A stretch of 64,000 nt of DNA from Amoebophrya sp. A120 (taxonomy: Eukaryota; Protista; Dinoflagellata): assembly GCA_905178155.1 (NCBI GenBank), contig CAJINV010000002.1, forward strand, positions 5,265,709-5,329,708. The letters run 5' to 3'. This document shows, one piece after another, positions 37,783-47,612 of the stretch; positions within the stretch are counted from its first letter, which is position 1; each line of letters starts with the position of its first letter. The translations under genes were made by a program, and so were the position numbers. The notes beneath the pieces are model-generated. The model saw only the letters and a list, made by a program, of their open reading frames with translations, did not search any database and was not told the origin of the DNA.

Positions 37783-40700
37783 ATGCCATCCGCGGACGTT
37801 TCAACATCCCTCGATCCTGCGACCGAGATGTCCACGGCCTCTCCCACAGCTGTAGAGACCACTACAACTCCAGCAGCCGCGAACCCGCGGCAGCAGAAGA
37901 AGCAGTGGGCCCGCGACAGCCACTTCGGTCCGGTCGTGAAGCAGTGCCTGAACCGCGTGTTGCACACCCGACCGAAGGACCCGTTGACCGCACTGGCCGA
38001 CGAGTTGGGGAGGTACTCCAACACGAGTTTGAAACGGTGGCTGGACTTTGAATTAATCGATTTCACGCTGGAGACGGTCGAGGGAGGCACGGGAAACAAT
38101 GGTGGGGAATTACAGGGCGTCGAGGGCGGAGCAGCTGCCGCTTCCGTTACGGCGGGAGACGGTTCTTCTGTGCAGTTTGGGTTCCGCCCAGTTTTGTCCA
38201 TCCGCGGTTTTCCGGTCGTGTCTGAGGAGTTGATCACCTGCCCGTTCAAACCCTGTCCCGAGGTGAAGGCGGAAGAGGACGCAACCATCCAGTTTCCGGG
38301 GTACCCCGCCTCGCCGCCAGAGGGGGAAGAGGCGATAGAGCTGATTGGGATTGGACTGAAAAAACTCACCGCAGTGCCGCTGTCTGATGTCGAGAAGGTG
38401 AAGGTACAGCACCGCTTCAAGCAGAACTGCGCAAACGTGCTAGCGGCGATCGTCGAGTCCCTCACGAGTCAAGACTGCGATGCGGTTCTTCTACTCGACC
38501 AGATTCTCTCCAACATCGTCGATATGGAGCAAGAAAGGGTGAACACCTGCGTCGAAGAAGCCGTAGCAGCGGTCGAGGAATTGCAAAGACTTGCCCGCTA
38601 TGCATTGCAAATTTTAGTTTCTGTGTCCGGTCGTGGTCGTCTTCTGATGATGCAAATTCGAGAGATTCTAGGAAATTTCCGTTTTTAGCTGCGTCTTCAG
38701 AATCAATTACGTCTGACAAGTTTGGAAAAAGATAGGTCTTGCAACCAGCTTCCAGAGGGCCCGGCCAGACACCAGAATTGCAATCCATACCTTCGTCGGC
38801 GGCTCAGCCAACGCGAGCGAAGACGGGGGCAACAGCCCGCACGGGTCGCAGCACGGCAGCAACAGTCCGCCGGGCAGCCGGGAAGGTGGTCTCGGAGACC
38901 ACGGAAGTGCTGGCGAGAACGGACCGGGCAATAACGAGGACGAGGAGGAGGAGGGCGAAAAGTTCGACCCTTCCAACGCAGTCGCGGATTGCCATCCTTG
39001 CTTTACCAGAACGGAAATGAAGCAGCTGCAGTGGTTATCAACTGCAAAAATGTCTGGGTCTGGAAGAATGCCAGACTTGTCATGCAGGTTTTCCATGACC
39101 CATGAGGTCTGGTATGTAGGACAGAGCATGACAGATTCTGTGCGAGTGCTATCATGCCTATCCCGCATGAGAAACTGCCTCTCGATTAGGTCAAAAGTGG
39201 TCAGCTTTAGTTGGTAAGCATGCAACACAGATTTTTATACATGATTCAGATTTAGCATGACAGACCCAGACACTTTTGCATTTGATAGTGGTCGTTGCTC
39301 GAACTGATCCGGAAATACAGCGATGAGGAATTGAAACCCATGAACGACGTCTTCCGACGGGAATTGTGTACGAGCTCCAACAGCCTCCGCGACGTCGCTA
39401 TGCAGAACAAAAGTATCTATACACAGTCACGCATTGTGATGTAGATGTTGCAGACCAACAAGCAGGGCAAACGAGTTTTGTCATGCCGGAAATTATGCTT
39501 TCCCGCTACTGTAATATTTCAGGCATGCTTTCCCGTATGATCTGCGCACTAAAGCTAGTGCATGTAAATAGTTTTCTTCGTCAACAGCAGAGCAAGTTTC
39601 TGTACCCGAAATTGTTCCAACACGGGCGTAACTGTAACAATTTTATCCTTTGAAAGTGGCGGAGCTAGAATTACTCACCGACAGCAAGGCGGAAGTTGCG
39701 GAGTCGATGCTTTTGTCGGAAGAAGTAGAAATCGCTGACGATGCCGGGGGCAACAACGGTGGCGGGGGCGACCACGGCGAAACAATACCGGAACCATCAT
39801 CGTCGGCTGCGTCCCCCGAAAAAAGCAAGACAGCGGAAGACGACAAGCTGTTCCCTCCACCACAGTTCGCCAAGCCGCAACCAAACCCAAGGAAGAAGCA
39901 GGAGCTGTACTTCGCGCTCAAGTATCAAGTGCAAAAATGTCTGGGTCTGGAAGGTGCCAGGTTTGTCATGCGCATGCTGTATGATCCATGCCGCCTGTAA
40001 TGCATGCTCTAGCATCACAGATTTTTAGAATGCTTCCTGATACCCATTCCGCATGAGAAATGCCCTGTCCGCGCAACACAAACTTGACTGCTGTTGCTGG
40101 TCAAACAATACAATTTTTTTTGGAATCCAAAGACTGACAGCATTACAATCCAGACCCATACATATTTGCAATCCATATCAAGGAGGCGGAACGGATAAAA
40201 CAGGAAAACGAGGCGAACACGCTGGTGAGGCTGGCGGAGGAGTGCAGGCTAGATTACTTGAAACAAAACTCCTCGACGTCTAGTAGTATGCACAGGGAAG
40301 TCGAAGTTATTTACCGTAGACAATTGGCACAGAAAATGCAGTCCCGTACTCTTGTTGGGCTTCAAATCATCTGGCATTTCTATTTCACTAGTACTTGTTG
40401 TTGTGAGCAGGTGCAGGATTGCGGTAAATTTCTATTGCATAGAAACCAGCACAAGCAGTTCAGTTTCCGACGCCGCCAAACGGGAATCGATGAAGTTGCA
40501 GCTTGATCACTGGAAGAAGCAGGGCTATCCGCTTTTGTCCTGCTCTATCAAATGTAAAAATGTCTGGGTCTGGAACAAAACAACTTGTCATGCTAAATCT
40601 GAATCATGTAAAAATCTGTCTTGCATGATTACCAAAAGCTGTCCTCTTTCGACCTAATCGCGAGGCAGTTTCTCATGCAGGAGAGGCATGATAGAACTCT

Positions 40701-43700
40701 TGCAGAATCTGTCATGCCATTTCCTACATACCAGACCTCATGGGTCATGGAAAACCTGCATGACAAGTCTGGCATTCTTCCAGACCCAGACATTTTTGCA
40801 TTTGATATGCTCGAAACTGCTCGTTTCCAGCAAGGATTCGGACTTACTTCCCGAAAACGCCTATCCTGAGTAAAAACGTACCCACGCCAGAGTTGTAATG
40901 CAGATTTGCAAAGACGGGAAGACTTGTAATGCGCATCCCCATGAGAGCCATTTCCAATCGTGTTTTGGAATTTGTGATGCTGTGAACAGGATGAGCAGCT
41001 GGATATGTGACGCGGCTGCACTTGCTAACCTGCACTACACTGCAGAGTGCAACTTGTCATGCGTGACTCACAAAACTCCTAGGTTTGTGTTGCAAAATCC
41101 CCATCCTGACTCTGGTGTGGGTACGTTTTTACTCAGGATAACGCCAGTCTGGGCATCGCGCTCTCCATCTGGAGCTGTGGCGCCGGGCCCTTCGCCGCGG
41201 AGTGCAAATACAGTGGGGGCGGAGCAGGGGAGAGTAGGTAGTTTGGTGTTCTTGCGATTTTCTTTTTTCGCTTTTTATGTGATAAATTAGTGTCGACACC
41301 AACGCAACTCGAACTCCAACATCCATGGCGGGGTCTCGATTCTGATTTGGTTTTGAAAGACCACATCATAGAAAAGGGAGAAAAAAGTCCGATCGATGGC
41401 CTTCGACGGATGTTGCGGTAGACACGCAAATAAATGCTTCACGACTCGTCGGAGGTTCTGAGCGGATGCTTCACGACTCGTCGGATATGAAGAATACCGT
41501 TAGGCACGGGAACTCCTTTCACAAAACAATCACAAAGTAATAGTAAAATTTTTCCCCTCTACAGTTCGTCCTCCAGTACCGCAACTTCCGGCCTTCCGCC
41601 CCTGAACGCGTTCGAGATCACGATGAAGCACCTCGCTGCCATCCGTTCGGAGCTCGCGACGCAGCTCGGCGCCGCCCCCGATACTAGCAGCGCCACCTCT
41701 GCGGCGGAGCCGCTTTCCCTTCCGGCCAGTGCGACGCTGGCGGACGGCGTCACGATGCTGGAGAAAACCATGAGGCAGCTGTTTCCAACCTTGCACACGG
41801 AATCAGAGGAGAAGGCCGGGATCCGCAGTCGGAAAAGGATCGAGTACACGGAGCCAGAGAACATGAACCGCTCGGAAGACGATAACCAGTCTGGTATTCT
41901 CAGTAAAAACGTCCACACGCCTTCCCATAGTCAAGATGGCGGTATGAATCGGCTACACAAATGAAAAAGTTCTGGCTGTAGTTGCGCATGACGCATCTGG
42001 GCTCCTAGTGTAGTAGTCGTGTGTACGCTTAGCTAGTGCACTCGCACGAGCAGAGACCTATCACCTTATCATTGCACCTCCTAGAGCACCATAACAAACT
42101 CCTCGCCCCAAACAGAAGAAACTACAAAACGCTCTTCATGGGGCTGCGTATGAAAAACATTTGAAGCATCGAGATTTGCATGACAAGTCTGGGAAGATGG
42201 AAGACGTGTTTCCACTGGATACCGGGGTTGGAGACCATGCCGCAGGATATGATTCCGAAGGAGAAGATTTTTGCAAATTTCCTCAAGGAAGCGGAAGAAG
42301 TGGATGTCGTCTATGACATCGAGCGAAAGCCGTATGGCACGAAATTCTTCTACGAAATTCTCGTCGACTGCAATATACGCAGTGTAAAAGTAGAAATATC
42401 GTTCGTACTAGTAGCAATTATTGCATCACAAATTTTTCCACAGAAGAACAAGAAAATGTAGCTTGTCATGCAGAATCAGTTATGGAAGAACGAAAAACTA
42501 CTGAAACGTCAGTGACGCATGATTGCGAGTTCTAGTACAAGTACGATAGCCTTTTCGTTTTCCAGTCGATACATATCCAAGAAAAAAACATTGTAGGTGT
42601 AACTTTTTTGGAGGAACAGCATTACAAATCTGTCTGGCGTGACAACAAAAACCTGTCATGCGCAAATTAATAGTAAGTGAAAACGCCCTTTAATGGAGCC
42701 TACAATGCATGCCAAGCATGACAGACGCAATCACCTTGCATGTTGCGCATCACAAATTTACATTAGCAGCGTTTTTTTCTTGGATAATACAGTATGAACA
42801 AAGTGAACACGACGATCAACGACGAAGTCGTCGATTTGGTGACGTTATGAAATGCAAATATGTCTGGGTCTGGAAACTTGTGATGCTGGTTGGCGAATCA
42901 AGAGAACGCCAGAAATGACGGCTCAGCATGACAGGTTTTTGAGTCGCTTGGTGTTGCCTATTCTGCATGAGAAGCTGGGTTTTTGCATGACACAAAAGTG
43001 GCGCTTTTGGGTACCTTGCATGACAGACTTGACAGTCATGCTAGCAGAGCATGACAAACCTGGCACTTTTCCAGACCCAGACACTTTTGCATTTCATAGA
43101 CGTTTGAACCGGTGGAGAACGTGGCCGAGCTATCCAGGAAAAAAACTGTGTAACTGTAATTTTGTAGGAAGAGCAGCATGATCACAAATTCGTTTTGCAT
43201 TACAGGAAAACCTGTCATGCGCAGCTAGTTGTGCGTGAAAAGGAAAACACGTATGAAAGTAGCCTAAGACGCAGATCCAGCATGACAACTGTAACAGTTT
43301 TGCATTTTCTGCATCACAGACTTGCACTCGCATAGTTTTTTTCTTGCATACGACCCGCTCCCGGATGAGGAGTACGCGGCGAAAGTCCAGGAGGAAGCGG
43401 AATCGCTTATCAGATTGAACAGTGTCTTCACCCCACAACTAACTTGAAAGTACTTTATTTGTATCTATAGGCAAAACTTCCCAAAAATCCCAATCTGAAG
43501 ATAAATAAACTATTCTCCATGTTGTCGCATGTCTCAGCGTCGGCATCGCAATTTTTTGATGGTGCGTTGCAACAATTTTAATTCCAGAAGAGCCCAAAAA
43601 GAAAAACCGCCGGGCCTGTTTTAGGACAGATGCTTTGCGCACCGAGATAGATTCGGCATTAGAGAGACTCATAGTCCCTTCATGCAAGACAAAATGGGTT

Positions 43701-46700
43701 GAGGTCATGTGAAAAGCTTCATGCAAGACAAAAAGTGACCATGTGGAAGTGAAAACGTAAACTTTGCATCAGAAATGTTCCCAACTAACTTTCGGGGGTG
43801 GGGCGCTTTTCACTGTAATATCGTGGCAGAAAGAGGCGGAGGAACAGGGAACGGAACTGGACCCGGAAGAGGAGCAAAGAATAGCAGCCGAGCAGGAGGA
43901 GAAACGGAAAACGCACCTGGCAAAGTGGGAGCGCCGGTGTTTCGTGCTGCAGTTTCCGGAAAACATGTATTTCGTGGAGGGGAAGCTGCAGGCGAAAGTG
44001 GGTATGGATTGCAAAAATGTCTGGGTCTGGAAAATTGCAGCTTGTCATGCTAAATCTGGATCATGCAAAAATCTGTGTTGCATGAGTGCCAAAAGCTGCA
44101 CACTTTCGGCCAAGTTGGGAGGGGATTAATTTCTCATGCAGGATAGGCATTAGAAAGGTCTCGCAGAATCTGTCATGCTAAGTCCTACATACCAGACCTC
44201 ATGGCTCATAGAAAACCTGCATGACAAATCTGGCAATCTTCCAGACCCAGACATTTTTGCATTTGATAGTGGGCAGCGTGTGGCAAATACCGAAGGTGGT
44301 CGTGCGGAAAAATCCCGAGGTTGCGACTTGGATAGAGGAGTACATCAGGACTTCCACGATTCATTGAATTTTTTCATTTTTGCTGTTACAACGCGATGAA
44401 TTTTTTCGAGAGTCTACCATGCATGGAGCTTGCAGTGACAAGTTGTCACTGACAGCTCCGATTTCTTTATTTGCGACCTAGCGCATGCGTGCATGCGTGC
44501 ATCTGTATTCTTCCGTGAGGAGAACTACAACATTGGAAACGATATCCGCACGTACAAAACAAAACAATTGTGTTAAATTGGTTCACAAAGGTATGGCGCC
44601 CGCCTTTCCGGGTCCAAGCCCTCCACCGCGAACTCGATGCAGCCCCCTCCTGAGGGCGAGGAACAGGAACCCATTCCTCCCAAGCCCGACCATTTCTCCG
44701 AGACGCTTGGGGAATACTGCAACAAGCTCGAGTCCTTGAGTAACTTGAAATCGCAGGAAAACAAGTCCGAGTCCGAGCAAACTGCGACGATCACACTCAT
44801 CAACCCACTACCCTCGTCCTCGATTTTCTGTTCGAAGCCGTTGAAAATGCGGTTCCGCGGCACCAAAACGAAGACCAAGACGGTGATTACCGACCCGAGC
44901 GGCGCCATCGGTGCGGCGTACGGCTGCTACCGGCACACCATGCAGGAGGGCCCGGGCTTCACGATCAGTGAGATGATGATGCTGAGCGAGAAGTCGTTAT
45001 CCTGAGTAAAAACGTCCCCACCCCATAGTCATGATGGGAAATCAGCTAGACAAATCTACACGCTTAGGGCGTTCTTGCGCATAACAAGTTCGGTCCCGTG
45101 CTGTAGTCCTGTTTACCTCGTTCAGAAGCATCACACATCTAGCCTACCATGCTGATCCGAGCACTACAAATTCCAAAACACGGCTAGCAACTCCTGTCAT
45201 GCTCATGTGCTGGCCCCGCATGAGAAACATTTTGAGCATGTGTTTTTGCATGACAACTCGGGGGTGGGGACGTTTTTACTCAGGATAGTCGTGGCAGCCG
45301 AGTTTGATTGAGTTGGACAGTGACGCACTGGAGAAAGCCGCAAGCATATCGCAAGAAAAAAGTGTTACAGTTACACATTGTGTTGCAGGCCAAGCAAGAC
45401 AGACGTTCTCTGTCATGCCGGATATGCATAGAAGCCTCGTTTCATGGGTTTTTTTCCCTAGGATTTCTGCAATACTCTCATGCAGAGAAATTTGTGTTGC
45501 CGAATTGACTACAAGTGTGTATATTGTAGCACTTTTTTCGTGGGATAAAGCACGAGTCTCGGGATGGTGTTGGCATTGCCCCGGTCCGCGCGACTCTGGG
45601 ACTTACCGGTTGCGAGTTTGAGCACCGAGGGCGGCGCACCAGCAGTAGACGGCACCGACGAGGGTGTCGCGGGTACTAAAACCAGCAGCTCCAGTAAATT
45701 TGGCGCGCTGATGACGCAATTTTTCTTGCAGGTCGCAGCTGTCGTGGACGATGGTGGAGCGATGGGAAGAGGTGCGAGCTCTACTATCCACCTGTGTAAA
45801 AACGTGTTTTTGATGCCCCCACCTGATACGATTGTCAAATCTGCTTTAACAGGCAAAATTTTCCGAAGCTCCGAGACTCGCGCATGCAAAGCTTCGGTAG
45901 GTTATGGTGTGGTAGTCGTGCTTAGCCTGCTAGTGGTCTTCTGACCGCGATGTCAAAGACATACTGTCTGCCTCTAATTAGAGGTTGACAAATTTCGATT
46001 TCCAAACGTAATTAGAGAAACGATGCCATGAGAAGCGGCCCTCGCATGAGACAGACACATTCTGAGCATTGAGATGTGCATGACAAAAACCCGGCGTGCT
46101 GGCGGGTACTTACGTTTTTACACAGGATGCCTAGTTCCCAAAGTTCCTCGGCCAACCGCGGTGCAGGAGGTCCTGCACGACGGGATGATATCACCGACCC
46201 CTCGATGGTGGTTCCCGATGACGAGCTTAGTTACACGGAGTTTGCGGACGCGTTGACGTCGCTGGACGTTATCAAAGTGAAAAATCCCCCCTCCCCATAT
46301 CGAACCGGGGATTTCTGTTGCTGGATTTGTGTACACAAAGCAGCTCGGTCTTGCAGTGCGGCACTGCAGGCAGAGCCTAGGCCGGCGAAGGAGTGTTTTG
46401 GTGTAGGTGCGTAGCATAGCAGAGGCCTGCCATGTGGCCGCATCAGCATTCCAAATCGCCTGCATAATGCGGCGGATTCTTTGGCTTTACCTTCTTGCAA
46501 GAGAAGCGGGATTTGTGGCCACAAATCAGCATCGCAAACTTGTAAAAAGCTGCATACCTTTTCACTCAGTAGGGGGAGGGGGATTTTTTCCTCACAATAG
46601 ACGTGTTCGTACGGTCTGCGTCCACGCTGCTCGGCTACGCGGTGGATAAGGTCGAAGATCCGAACAAGTCGGAAAATTCCGAAAATTCCCGCCCGGGCAG

Positions 46701-47472
46701 CAAACAGTCGGGGACCAGTAAAAAGTCGAGCTCCCAGAAAACGTCGTCCGACCTGGAAGAGCAGGGTGGTGCCATCTCCATCAAAAAACGGTACATTTCG
46801 CCGGAAGAGCAAAACTTCGTGCGGAAACGGTTCTGCGAACCCCTGCTCTGCCCGTTTCTGAACGCCGGTGGTGGTGGTGGGGAACAGAGTAAAAAGGCGA
46901 CGATTACACGGTCCGACTTTTGCTATCTGGGGCAATTCAACGGATTCGCCAGTTTTCAAGTGATGCAGATGCTGCTGGGCGTGCTCATCGAGTCGTTTCC
47001 GGACTTGACGGACAAGTACCAATTGGTTGGCGACGCGGTCTTTTCCCTGGCCGCAGACGAAGAGGAGGACGAGGAGGACACCGGGGCGGTGAAGGTGGCA
47101 CCCACAAAATTGCCCTGCATCGATTTCTATGCATTGCAAATAAGTATGTCTGGGCCTGGCAACTTGTGATGCTGGGTGGCGTATCATGAGGAGGCCACGA
47201 GTGCTGGCTCAGCATGACAAGTTTCTGAGCTTCTAGGTGTTGCCTATTCTGCATGACAGCCTGTGTTTCTGCATGACAGAAAAATGGCGCTCTTGGGTAA
47301 CGTGCATGACAGATTTGGGAGTCATGCCAGACAAGCATGACGAACTCAAACATGCATTCTTCCAGACCCAGCCATATTTGCACATTATAACTTCGTCGAC
47401 AGAATGCAGAATTTGCCGGGGAAGGCCAGAAGAGGGAAGGATGCGATGGAGAAGGTACGACTCACTAGTTGA
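37783..47472 (+). CDS. Large multi-exon protein with N-terminal Dpy-30-like motif, probably divergent enolase-4-like; 18 introners
   Basis: Frame continuous across all elements 38599-47389 plus GC-AG (40248-40416) and GT-AG introns; FGPVVKQCLNRVLHTRPKDPLTALADEL is Dpy-30-like; segments such as NCANVLAAIVESL..LLLDQIL and EYCNKL..ITLINPL recall enolase/ENO4 (from memory, not searched); could be two genes split at the stop at 44365-44367. Confidence 0.55.
38599..38789. mobile_element. Degenerate introner
   Basis: TATGCATTGCAA / TTGCAATCCATA; DR CCCGC/CCTTC; frame restored. Confidence 0.8.
39036..39287. mobile_element. Introner family A (reverse orientation)
   Basis: Perfect DR GTGGT; reverse complement of 40546-40807. 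Confidence 0.92.
39399..39655. mobile_element. Degenerate introner family C
   Basis: ACAGTCACGC / GCGTAACTGT subterminal IR; DR GTCGC/GTGGC; frame restored. Confidence 0.75.
39923..40177. mobile_element. Introner family A
   Basis: TIRs; perfect DR TCAAG; frame restored. Confidence 0.9.
40546..40807. mobile_element. Introner family A
   Basis: TIRs; perfect DR TGCTC; 267-nt in-frame removal. Confidence 0.93.
40862..41140. mobile_element. Introner family E
   Basis: TIR TATCCTGAGTAAAAACGTACCCAC / GTGGGTACGTTTTTACTCAGGATA; perfect DR ACGCC. Confidence 0.93.
41895..42221. mobile_element. Degenerate introner family E
   Basis: TATTCTCAGTAAAAACGTC / GACGTGTTTCCACTGGATA; DR TCTGG/CCGGG; frame restored. 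Confidence 0.75.
42376..42571. mobile_element. Degenerate introner family D whose 3' boundary is interrupted by a second element
   Basis: CGTACTAG / AGTACGAT subterminal IR; DR CAATA vs CA|GTA, reconstituted only after removing 42574-42791. Confidence 0.7.
42574..42786. mobile_element. Introner family C (nested at the boundary of the previous element)
   Basis: TATCCAAGAAAAAAA / TTTTTTTCTTGGATA; perfect DR ATACA. Confidence 0.85.
42846..43098. mobile_element. Introner family A
   Basis: TIRs; perfect DR GACGT; 258-nt in-frame removal. Confidence 0.93.
43131..43350. mobile_element. Introner family C
   Basis: TATCCAGGAAAAAAACT / AGTTTTTTTCTTGCATA; DR CGAGC/CGACC; 225-nt in-frame removal. Confidence 0.88.
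43408..43820. mobile_element. Long degenerate introner (additional family)
   Basis: TATCAGATTGAACAGTGTCTTCACCCC / GGGGTGGGGCGCTTTTCACTGTAATA; DR TCGCT/TCGTG; frame restored. Confidence 0.75.
44003..44268. mobile_element. Introner family A
   Basis: TIRs; perfect DR GTGGG. Confidence 0.93.
44998..45287. mobile_element. Introner family E
   Basis: Perfect TIR TATCCTGAGTAAAAACGTCCCCACCCC; perfect DR GTCGT; frame restored. Confidence 0.94.
45347..45547. mobile_element. Introner family C
   Basis: TIRs; perfect DR AAGCA; near-identical to 3827-4037. Confidence 0.93.
45788..46129. mobile_element. Degenerate introner family E
   Basis: CCTGTGTAAAAACGT / ACGTTTTTACACAGG; DR ACTAT/CCTAG; frame restored. 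Confidence 0.8.
46270..46599. mobile_element. Introner family B
   Basis: TIRs; perfect DR GACGT; frame restored. Confidence 0.92.
47128..47389. mobile_element. Introner family A
   Basis: TIRs; DR ATTTC/ACTTC; 267-nt in-frame removal. Confidence 0.88.
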
Positions 47473-47612
47473 ACTAAGTTGTACGATTTCGTACGCGACG
47501 AAAGCAGGGCAAGTTGTGCAACAACGAACTGACTCAGGATCATTTATTTTGCTTCGTCCTCCCACTAGTACTACTTGTACTTCTTATGCGTGCTATAATA
47601 GGGCATTTTAGT

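Noticed and set aside
40242-40417. Intron flanked by 7-bp direct repeat GTGCAGG as another introner
   Set aside because: No TIR; adequately explained as a GC-AG spliceosomal intron 40248-40416
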